NCBI RefSeq assembly: GCF_026571515.1
Contig: NW_026864039.1
Coordinates: forward strand, 186,001 to 250,000
Length of the DNA: 64,000 bases
Source: Ruditapes philippinarum
Taxonomy: Eukaryota
Direction: 5' to 3'
In this document: positions 53,341-64,000 of the stretch, in pieces
How positions within the stretch are numbered: the stretch's first letter is position 1
Layout of the letters: every line of letters starts with the position of its first letter
Made by a program: the position numbers and the translations under genes
The notes under the pieces: generated by a model
Told to the model about the DNA's origin: nothing
Database searches by the model: none
The model's input: the letters and a program-made list of their open reading frames with translations, nothing else

Positions 53341-54604
53341 CTAAATTCTAGCAGCTATAACTGGTAACTGCTTGCTAAGTTCTAGCAGCCATAACTAAAC
53401 TGCTTGCTAAGTTCTAGCAGCCATAACTAAACTGCTTGCTAAGTTCTAGCAGCCATAACTAAACTGCTTGCTAAGTTCTAGCAGCCATAACTAAACTGCT
53501 TGCTAAGTTCTAGCAGCCATAACTAAACTGCTTGCTAAGTTCTAGCAGCCATAACTAAACTGCTTGCTAAGTTCTAGCAGCCATAACTAAACTGCTTGCT
53601 AAGTTCTAGCAGCCATAACTAAACTGCTTGCTAAGTTCTAGCAGCCATAACTAAACTGCTTGCTAAGTTCTAGCAGCCATAACTAAACTGCTTGCTAAGT
53701 TCTAGCAGCCATAACTAAACTGCTTGCTAAGTTCTAGCAGCCATAACTAAACTGCTTGCTAAGTTCTAGCAGCCATAACTAAACTGCTTGCTAAGTTCTA
53801 GCAGCCATAACTAAACTGCTTGCTAAGTTCTAGCAGCTAATTCTGTTGGGAAAAGGCGTAAATTGAAACAAACAACTAAATTCTAGCAGCAGAGCTATTA
53901 CTGAACTGCTTGCTAAGTTCTAGCAGCCATAACTGAACTGCTTGCTAAGTTCTAGCAGCCATAACTGAACTGCTTGCTAAGTTCTAGCAGCCATAACTGA
54001 ACTGCTTGCTAAGTTCTAGCAGCTTTAACTGAACTGCTTGCTAAGTTCTAGCAGCCATAACTGAACAGCTTGCTAAGTTCTAGCAGCTATAACTGAATTG
54101 TGGCTAAGTTCTTACCTGAACATGGTGCAGACGTTTTATCAAGGAAATTATAGAATAATGTACTTTAAAATAAATGCTGATATCAATATTTGACTCATTT
54201 TTTTTATAAGGAAAACGGAAAGTTCACATTATATCAGAGAACCTTTTATCTGAAACATGATATGTTTATATTTATGAAAGAGAAATTGAAATCAAGTCAG
54301 TATGTCATGTTTTATATTACATTAAAAGTCCCCAGTTAATTAGAAAAAAATGTCATTTTGATATAAAAGAACATAATAAAAGCTTTTCATACAAACAATC
54401 TAGTTTTACTAGTAGCAGATTAAATTATGACACTTGTTTATTTTGGGTCAAAGAGAATTTCATCTTACTGAAAGGTGCATTTTTTAAAAAAAAATTGAGT
54501 ACATTCAACATATGGCCGAGGGTTTACCACAAAACTGTTTTAATTCTTCCTTTATTTCATATAAGTTACAACAGTTTTGCAGTCAAACCTTGTAGTTCAT
54601 GAAG

Positions 54605-54740
54605 TGTTTAAGGTTGCTGAATGCTCACCACTATGTGGACTATGGGCGGAAGCTATTGGAACGTGGATGGTAATAATTCAGGTGTCCGTATGCTCAGAGG
54701 AGTTCCTAAAGTTTCCTACAGCTGTTCTTGCTGGACAATT
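54605..54740 (+). mobile_element. Heavily degraded SINE fragment (Meta-like body)
   Basis: GGAAGCTAT..GGAACGT.GATGGT..TCAGGTGTCCG..ATGC.CAGAGG..GCTGGA pattern recalled from molluscan SINE bodies. Confidence 0.35.
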
Positions 54741-55149
54741 TACACTTTGAGCCTTAATATTTTCAATTTTGTGGCTTTGGTTGCTCTTTAGGGATTCTGT
54801 TTTTCTCTGTTTAAGGTAAAAAAAAAACAGAAAAGATAAAACAAACGAAAATGAAAAATGATTAGAACAGCATTTTCTGGTATTGCAAGTCATGTTTGAC
54901 TTATCAGTTATCAGAAGAAATATATCATCATTTACAAACTTATTTTATTATGTGGTTCTAAGAATTGGGAAAAGCTGAGATAATTGATTTTATAATGCAG
55001 TTATATCAGAACTTAGGAAGCTAGTAAAATTGGTTATGACAAAAAACAACTCTGCAAGGATTCAAATGTATTCTTCAAATAAAATGAAATAAGAAAATCA
55101 ATACTTGATAAATATTTTGATTTGCTATTCAGTTAGTTTGCTGGTTTAT

Positions 55150-55870
55150 GTTTTAAGTCCACCTTGGCACTGAAGAAAAAAAAGTGTCTGTTGTTCCATG
55201 CATATTGTTAATAACCATTTCTTTCAACAATATCTCCTCTTTAACCACAAGATAATAATCCTTAGGTAGTACTCTACAAAAGTCAAATAAATGTGATTCC
55301 AATCTGATGCATAATTAGGTCACAAGAGCTACAAGTAAACTTTAAAAATAAAATCTGTAAAAATCTTCAAAGAAGCTACAATGCTTGGATATTTGGCTTG
55401 GAACATCAGCTTGTGGTCGGTCCTCTACAATAGTTTTATTAAACATGCTCCTTAGGTCAAAATTGACCAAAGGGGTCACCTTCTTTATGTTGACTTGTGT
55501 ACATTAAAGTCCTTTTGTGTGAAACTGCAAAGTCCAGAGCATAGATATTTGGCATGTAGCATCACCTTCTGGTCTACTTCAATAGTTATGAAATCATGCC
55601 CCAGGGGTCAAAAATAGCCCTGCTCTTGGAGGCATTTAGTTTATATGGACTCTAATAATAAAACACATTTAAATCTTCTTTTGTGAAGATTATTAAGATA
55701 CTTATCAGGTAGCATCCATTAGAGTACAAAATCTAATATTTTATAAATCATGCAGCTGGGGTCAAGCAATGTGTCCTAATATAACATACTTCTACATTGA
55801 AGAATTGAGACTTTTTCTAGCAATGTATCTTAAGTGAGTGAGTGATCCAGGGCCCTTATGGCCCTCTTGT
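55150..55870 (+). mobile_element. Degraded HINE-type element with decayed internal satellite units
   Basis: Recurring GATATTTGGC.TG.A.CATC and CATGC.CC..GGGGTCAAAA motifs; 3' end GTGAGTGATCC-AGGGCC-cttat-GGCCCT-CTTGT hairpin. Confidence 0.65.
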
Positions 55871-56931
55871 GATACCCTTTATCATATAGGTATACATGTG
55901 TTTGGTAATTGTCATAATTTATACTTTGCAGTTTCCATTTTTCCGGTTATAAAGCTAATTTTTCATTTTTTTTTAACTTTTCTCATTTTGAATTTTTGTC
56001 ATTTCTTCCGAGTTATTAACCTTATGCTCATGCTATATTATGTAAATAGTTTTTATTTTCGCATTAATTACAAAACTTTAACTTTATATCCTGGATCTGT
56101 GATATAAAAGTGCGCTGGATGCACTGAACAGGAAAGATGTTTTGATTTCAAAGGATGCATTGAAAAGTAAAGATGTATAGTATTATATATAGCGGGAGTA
56201 TTAAATTCGGTTTTTGTTGTGGTAATTTATTCTTTATATAGACTTCTGGTGTACATATTGTATATCACATATGTGTGTTTAAAATGAATGGAGAATATAT
56301 TTCCTTACATTGTAACAGTTTGACCATATACTGCAGCCATAGCTCACAGCCTTGAGTATTGATAAAAAAGGCAATAGCTGTTAATGTTAAGTCTTTACTG
56401 ATGAGAAAATCTTGATGTCTGAAACACTATAAAGATAGATAAAAACTTATATTGGGATATATTTCAATGAAAGTATGGATGTAAGACAATATCCAGTTAT
56501 GTTGATTGGACAAAAAACAACAACAATGTTTTGAAATGGAAATAATATATGGTTGTTGTGGTAGTGAATAGTTTTGTGTATTATTGTGAAGTAGTAGTGG
56601 ATATGTACGCGGATCAGAATCATTCTGCTGTCTCATGTGAAGTACATGGAAGTACTATATGTTGGACTTATAACTACATTACAAAGTTAATGTTACATTA
56701 AATATTAGTGATACCTGTCACAGTTGTATTGTATATATTATGATACATGCAGATACATAGTAAAGTCACAGTTTCCAGTTTTATATGGTATTTTCAATTC
56801 AACTTTATCAATGTAAAAATAATAAAATATACTTATGCATTGTATGTGCATCTTAAATTCATATACATATATATTGCAGTGTAATTGAATTTGGATAATT
56901 CTGGCAGATGATTGTATAATATAACATATAA

Positions 56932-58050
56932 TTATGTCTCCCCCACCTCGGGGGGAGACATATTGTTTTTGCCCTGTCAGTCCGTCCGTCCGTCAGTCCG
57001 TCCGTCCATTCTTCGTTTCCGGACGATAACTAGAGTTCCTTTTGACCTACAGCTCTCAAACTTCATAGGATGAATGGTCTTATTGAGCAGATGATCCCTA
57101 TTGTTTTTGGGGTCAGTAGTTCAAAGGTCAAGGTCACAGTGACCGTTGGTCAATTTCTCGTTTCCGGATGATAACTAGAGTTCCTTTTGACCTACAGCCC
57201 TCAAACTTCATAGGATGATTGGTCTTATAGAGCTGATGATCCCTATTGTTTTTGGGGTCAGTAGGTCAAAGGTCAAGGTCACACTGACCGTTGGTCAATT
57301 TCTCGTTTCCGGATGATAACTAGAGTTCCTTTAGACCTACAGACCTCAAACTTCATAGGATGATTGGTCTTATTGAGCAGATGATCCCTAATGTTTTTGG
57401 GGTCAGTAGTTCAAAGGTCAAGGTCACAGTGACCGTTGGTCAATTTCTCGTTTCTGGATGATAACTAGAGTTCCTTTTGACCTACAGCCCTCAAACTTCA
57501 TAGGATGATTGGTCTTATAGAGCAGATGATCCCTATTGTTTTTGGGGTCAGTAGGTCAAAGGTCAAGGTCACAGTGACCGTTGGTCAATTTCTCATTTCC
57601 GGATGATAACTAGAGTTCCTTTTGACCTACAACCCTCAAACTGGGGGGAGACATATTGTTTTTGCCCTGTCAATATGAACGTTTGTTTCAAGTATCATCA
57701 AAATCCTTTAAAGGTTTGAAGAATTATGGAGCAGACACAATTTCATTTAATTTCATTTGTGAAACTATATATGATATGACCATCAAGTGCAATTTCGTTT
57801 GACGCCCGCCTGCCATACGCTGATTGAATAACCAGGATTTTCAAAATTGAATACCTGGTTAAAAACAAACAGTTTAGGAAGCATCTTCTCATACAACCTT
57901 AACAATAGAAACCATCCATAGACAGCCTTCATTGAAGTGACTACCGGGTATTTACATTATCTTATCTCCATTTCCATTCCTGTTTCCATTCACAGTTATT
58001 CTCAGCAGTGGGGGAGACATGCGCTTTTTTACAAAAGCATCCTCTAGTTT
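56932..58050 (+). mobile_element. Composite HINE/Helentron non-autonomous element with 4.3 x 145-bp internal units
   Basis: ATGTCTCCCCC / GGGGGAGACAT 5' inverted repeat, (GTCC)n, units at 57016, 57161, 57306, 57451 and 57596, 3' GGGGGAGACAT (58010), hairpin GCTTTT-ttac-AAAAGC, then CTAGTT. Confidence 0.88.
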
Positions 58051-59299
58051 GTATAAAACAGATATTTGATTCAACTGCACTTTTGAGTGAAACAAATTAA
58101 AGGATATCTAATTCTGTAAATACATTCCAATATGCTGGTAGTATATAAACTGATTGTCTATAATCCATGTCTTAATACAAATTGAATATTTAAAAGATTA
58201 AATGATAACATTACAAAATATGACTGTATTGTAATGCAAATATTTTCACAATATGAGAAATCTTTTGATAAAATATTTTTATAAGTAATAGCAAGTGTTT
58301 ATTAATATATTCCTATATAATTATCTCTTTAATTTTTTTACAAAATTTTATTAGATTAAATAGAGACGTGTTAAAGTCGAAATATTTTTGTCTGAATTAT
58401 TATTAGATATTTTATTACCAAAATTATGGTGGATATATTTTATTATCTAAATTATAGAGGATATATTTTATTTAAATGTGGTGGATATTTTATTATCTAA
58501 ATTATAGAGGATAAATTTTATGTGGTAGATATTTTATGGCTAGAATTTCGTGCAGGAAAGTATCAATTTGTCCTTGACCATAAAATAAATTAGAGGGAAA
58601 TAAATTGACATAATTGAATTAAGGTAAGTTTATTATACTAGTCAAGTGTCATCACACAAGAATTTGCTGGAAATAGAAAAAGTTAATCTAGGAAACTTGT
58701 ACAGACAATAACACAACTCTAAACCAGTCTATACCATAGTGCTTGCTAGGAATGATCCAATACAAGTATAGCATGTTTCCTCATAGAATTGTACAAAAAC
58801 TAAATATTTTATTTTCTTTTAATTGAAAATAAAGGTCAACGGCACTTAATGTATTCTTCACCCCTTAAGTAAACATTACAAGTAGGAATTCATTGATTGT
58901 GAATTAAACATTTTACAATAGATTGTATTGATTTAAATCCTTCCTAAATTGGAATTGATTAAAATTGTTGTTAATTGAAAAATACTGTGTGAAATTGGAA
59001 ATTGTGTTTAACAGAATTTTTTGAATGAATAAAAGGAAAAAAAATCAACACTGCATAAAAAGGGCTGCATTAGGATGTGAAACTGGATATCTCTGGAATC
59101 GGATTAAAATGTTTCTGTCAGTGTCCATTTCTAGAATTGTTGGGGGATTATTGCACATTGTCAGATTTCTGCAGCAGGAAATGATAGAAGAATTTAGTAG
59201 CAATGAGAGAGTTATGTGACAGATTGTTATGATCATAGCAAGTTGAACTTTTGTGACAGTATTGACTACTAGGATATAACCTGTGTTAGTGACCATATT

Positions 59300-59650
59300 T
59301 TTCTAGAATATATAGTCAGTTTTGTTTCCATATTCTATGGATGGATATTACCAAGTTTTATGACCATATCTTGTGGAGATGTATCAAACTTTTGTTACCA
59401 TATATTTTGGAATATAACCCGGTTTTATGACTTAATATATCTGACATAGATATAGCAAACGTTTGTTATATATTTTGGAATATTACCAAGTCTTATGACC
59501 ATATTTTGCCAAGTAATATCAAACTTTTGTTAACATATATTTTGGAATATAACCAAGTTTGATGACCATATCTTGTGGAGATAAAACAAATGTCTGTTAC
59601 AATATATTCTGGAATACAAGTTTTATAACCATATCTTGCTGAGGTACAAC
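59300..59650. repeat. Highly degenerate tandem repeat
   Basis: Recurring CCAAGTTTTATGACCATATCTTGTGGAGAT / CAAACTTTTGTTA..ATATATTTTGGAATAT blocks. Confidence 0.65.
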
Positions 59651-62019
59651 ATTTTCTGTTTCTGCATATATCAGCTATATCCGACAATTTAATCAAAGAC
59701 CTAAAGATGCCAAAGGATTGTGGATGTTTTGACTGGATTTGTCACATGTAAATATATATATTTTATTATTACCATTTCATTCAAGGTCACTTTCAATATT
59801 CATTTTTATTCAATTTATGCATCCTTATTGTTGATAAAGTGATGAATACTAAATCCATCTATAAGAGTTTTTAATTTATAGAGGAAAAGATCAATGTCAA
59901 CATTTACAAAAGGAGAAAAACAATGTCTCTTGTAATATTATAAACCTTCATTAGAAGTGTTATCACAAAAAAAACATACATTTACCATTTCTACACAAAA
60001 CTTGTTTAAAAGAGTAATCCAGGTTTCATCTGAAAAAAAAAACAAAAAACATTTATCATGTTGAGGGAGTTTCAAAATATGTTGATGACTGCATAGCAAA
60101 CAGTGCAGACCATGATCAGATTACCGGCTTATCTTGGTCCGTACTGGTTGCATGAGTAGATTCTGTAGCTGCAAATAAAGTGAGATATTTTTATTGTGTA
60201 CTATTATGCAGCAATGATTTAGTGCTGTCTTGACTGGGTTAGAAAGAAGAGGTATCCCAGACATTCTGTATTATAACTGCTTCTGTTTGTTGCTGAATAA
60301 GCACTCACTGATCGCTGTATGAATACAAATTTTCAAAGCTATAACAGGACATTCTTTGTCTAGATTCTCCGGTTTAGTTGGCTTTGCCTAGATTCTCTCC
60401 TTCTTGCAGAAATACATCCAGGCCTTGGAAGTTATTGTTAATTTATTGTAACAGCATCAGTCTGGAACTGATTCTGTACAGACATTATCTAGAATGGTCA
60501 TCAAATTAAGACTTAATTAAAGTAGAACATTGATATGACAGGTCTGTCTACTTCATAGATCTGATAAAATATCCTGCAACAGATCACTTTATACAAACAT
60601 TATGCCAATTCAACTCCAAAAACAGGACATTTTAATTTTTGTTTGTAACATAGAAGAGGAGTTTCTCTGTTGTTTGCTTATTTTTCATATAGATAGGTTT
60701 TTATGTTTGCACATTGTGTAGAATCTGATTCTTCACCTGCTGTACAACATTTTACTCTGCTCATATGATTTATTGGCCTTGCCCTAACTAAGAAATGGAA
60801 TTTACAGTCCATAATGTTACTTTAGATAATTTCAATATCAGTTTGTGATAACTGTGTGATAACTGAAATGCTAGCAGTATAGATCACAGCCATGAGCCAG
60901 CTGAACAAAATCTTTATTATTACTTGGATAATTAAATGTCAGTACCAAACTTAACGCACAGAACATGAGGACAAGACTATGATTGGAGGCCACATCTCTC
61001 ACATTAAGACAATTACCTGAACCATCAGATTATGTTCAACTTAAATGCTATAATCTATAGCTCAGTGTTGACAAATACCTATGGTTCTTAGTATTTTTGT
61101 AAAGAATGATTTATTAGGATACAGTATTGTTGTAAAGAATGATTTATTAGGATATTGTATGCAAGCCAGTATTGTCAACTTGTATATAGACTGCTTTATT
61201 TCTCCAACTTAGTCAAACCCTGATTTGATTTGGAGCATCAATGATTCATAGATAGAATGTGATTATAGAAGCTGTAAGGTGATTATTGTCACGTTATACT
61301 GCTTCTTGTCTCTACACCTTCATTATCTGCTTATATTCTCACTGTTTTATAACTCAATATATATATCTATCAATCAATAGCATACTTGGCCATGTATCTC
61401 TCCATCTCGACCATGCTTCTGTCCAGCGTTTCATGTGGTTATAAATTAACTTGTAGAATTTGATCTTTGAGTAAGAATAACCAAATAACCATGAAAAATT
61501 TCATCCTATCTAAATCATCTTAAACATTTCTTTCAAAACTTAGCTAAATCTGGTGTAGTTTGCACTTGTCAGTATCGTCCATGAACAGGCTCAATCAAAC
61601 TAAGCCTGCAACATTTTCAATTTTAATGATTCAGGCTTTTTGTAGGGATTCATATTTTCTCTATTTTAGATTTGTGTTGGTTTCATATAGCCATGTCCCA
61701 TGTTGGTTTAGGGTATAGAACAACAAATTTGTTATGTTTGTAATGAAGTTATTTATAATTGTCGACTCATTGTTGATCTTCTCTACCATGTGAATGAAAC
61801 CCATACAAATAATGATCTGATTATTCTACTCAATTCAGGAACTTTAATGAACATAATCTTTACATTACCCTCTACTTCATTCATAAATTACATAAATATT
61901 TTTCAAATTTTTTACCATTATAATCAAGAATTGGCCAAAATAAGGAGCAGTTTTGAAACCTACTTGCTACTGTAGGGATCACAAAATCTGCTTAAAAACT
62001 TCTAAAGATTTGGTAATTT

Positions 62020-62230
62020 TTCATTTATTTTGTTTTGTTTTTGGCTTTATGGTGGAAACAGGAAAGATGATTTTGGCTAACCTCAGGTGTTACATTATAG
62101 CAACACCAAGGCTCAAAACCATGTCACCTGTTAGAGCTAACAGACTCCAGTTATTTGAACCCATTTAGTCGCCTCTTACTATCACACAGGGATAAATAGT
62201 GGCTGCAATTCTGATGGCTGAACCCTTAAA
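62020..62230 (-). mobile_element. Second (5'-truncated) copy of the SINE-like family at 28518
   Basis: Reverse complement CATCAGAATTGCAGCCAC..GTAAGAGGCGACTAAATGGGTTC..AACAGGTGA..TGGTGTTGCT..AGCCAAAATCATCTTTCCT aligns by eye with 28541-28735; A-rich tail. Confidence 0.8.
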
Positions 62231-62244
62231 GAAATCCTCTTTAT

Positions 62245-62556
62245 TTGTTTAGTGTCCAGCTTTATTTGTCATCCAATGAAAACGCTGTATTTCTTAAAAA
62301 TTATGTGTGTTGATTTTCATAGAAGAAAAAAAGTCGATACTATATTGAAATCCATTCATAGTTGCCTTCTATTTTTCATAGTGTTTCATAGTACCGCGTA
62401 GTGACGTAATCAAGGGTCAAATAAAGCTTGACACTAAATAATTATGTTAGTGTTCATCCTTAGCTGTTCTACAGAAATTAGAAATATTCTCCTGTCGCTA
62501 TCTCTCCCGTCGTAGTTTCTAATTTCTGTAGAACAGCACTGATGAACACTAACATA
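62245..62556. mobile_element. Short element made of two consecutive inverted-repeat structures
   Basis: IR1: 62245-62268 and 62418-62441 (22/24). IR2: hairpin 62443-62556 with arms TATGTTAGTGTTCATC and GCTGTTCTACAGAAATTAGAAA. CpGs are retained. Confidence 0.55.
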
Positions 62557-63389
62557 TACTTAGTAAAATTATCAAACTTTTTTATAAAACAAAGTTATGA
62601 CTCGGCTATATTAAAACATACAACTTACTCAAGTATTCAACCTTCTTACAGTCTAATGTAAATACTTTCCTCTTGATTCTGGGAGACTTTGATGGGCAAT
62701 TCTTAAAACCTACAGGGACTGAGTTGTCATTATTTATATCTTCTTCCTTGTTCTGGCACACCCTGTTGGTGATTTTCTTGTTGTTATGCCTTCCTTTAAT
62801 GCATTGAGTACATTTCTAATGGTTATTTTGCTTTCTTCATGATCTTTTCTGAGTTTTATTTCTAAGTTTTTCATCTGTAACCACAACTTTTGTTAAAGAA
62901 TTTTGCATGGAGAGAAGAGATCTGGCTCTCACGTTTCTGGTACTTGTTGAGGTTTGGTGCACCTTTAACAGGTTTTAAAAGTCCCTGGTAGTGTGTTTTC
63001 TTTTTCAATTTAACACTGTGAACTTTGTCAAGGTACAAGAGATGTCAACAAGAAACTAAGTAGGTAGATAGATCTCATTGATTAGAAGTCCAGTGCAAAG
63101 AACAGTAAATCTGCCTTGACTAATTTTGGAATTATTGCACTTTGAGCTTTGTCCAGGGACATAACTCGGAAACTACAAGAGGTGTACTGTCCTGTGTCCA
63201 AAACCTATCTGTGGAGCATCACTCGGTTCAAACCGGGCTCTTGTTTGTGAATGTTGCTCTTTCTTGTTGATTTTTAGTTATACGTATATTTTGTATTTGT
63301 ACGAAATTGATGAATGATCAACTCCTTCAAGTCAGTAGGGATTTAAAGCAGCAGTATGTGTAAATTACATGATGATTATTGCCAGCTAT

Positions 63390-63598
63390 ACCGCCTCCGT
63401 GGTCGAGGGGTTAGAGTCAATGACTTCCAATCCAGTTACCTTCGATCCCTGGGAGATGCTTTGGTAGTTTAGCACGGAGGAAGGTAGTATAGTACTGGTG
63501 TAACTCTCCAGGAATGATGGTTAGGAAACTACCCGACTATATGACTGAAATCATACTGTTGGGAAAAGGCGTAAAATGAAACAAACAAACAAACAAAA
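63390..63598 (+). mobile_element. tRNA-derived SINE (copy 2), B-box partly deleted
   Basis: Nearly identical to 53127-53340 but lacks ~13 nt (CTCTGGCGTGGGT) covering the 5' half of the B-box; (AAAC)n tail. Confidence 0.92.
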
Positions 63599-64000
63599 AT
63601 ATAATCATGCACATTCATTGAAACTCATTTTTAATATACAATACCTTATGTTACAATTTATTTGATATCTGATAGGGAGTGAATTGAAAATTTAGTAGAC
63701 ACATGTTTCATGTTTGAAACTGAATATGTAAATGTAATTACTTTCCAAGATAATGATCAAAACTTTTTGTGTCACCACGGTAACATATGCAAGATAATAA
63801 AACAAGTTTATGTTTATAGTTGCATATATATGATTTATCTGTAATTAACAAGCACATTCTGATTGTTTTCTGTTTAAACTTAAAAAAAATAAGTTGTTGA
63901 GGCATAAAGCTTTGGGTGATGTTGAACTACAAGGGTTAAGAATTTACTGTTTTAACTTAATACACATGTACTTATACAAAAGAAGTAAGCATGGGGTTTC

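Larger units (their letters stand above)
52091..54110. repeat. 32-bp minisatellite interrupted by a hAT MITE and a SINE
   Basis: Unit CTAGCAGCCATAACTAAACTGCTTGCTAAGTT, period 32 (53401 to 53433). About 1.7 diverged units at 52091-52147; main array at 53341-54110. Confidence 0.95.

Overview
AT-rich, visibly CpG-poor eukaryotic non-coding DNA. The repeat families (tRNA-derived SINEs with (AAAC)n tails, Helentron-type HINE elements with internal satellite units, many MITEs) suggest a bivalve mollusc; this is inference from remembered repeat motifs, not a search. I recognise no host protein-coding gene, and the window is most consistent with a very large intron or intergenic region. The only clear protein-coding sequence is ORF2 (APE endonuclease, RT, C-terminal zinc finger) of a 5.0-kb L1/Tx1-clade LINE on the minus strand (34826-39849), with poly(A) and an 11-bp TSD. 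The frameshifts I traced in it are +1 homopolymer insertions, so it may be intact in vivo. The rest is about ten unrelated minisatellite arrays (units 15-70 bp), non-autonomous DNA transposons with termini/TSDs typical of piggyBac, hAT, Sola, IS3EU and Tc1/mariner, several HINEs, several SINE families and two long-hairpin elements. There is no CRISPR array, rRNA or true tRNA gene. I did not find a convincing new biological system. The best leads are a minisatellite born inside a MITE, repeated TE insertion into minisatellites, an unclassified 1.3-kb element ending in a 172-bp palindrome, an atypical SINE-like family and a candidate 24-nt microexon.
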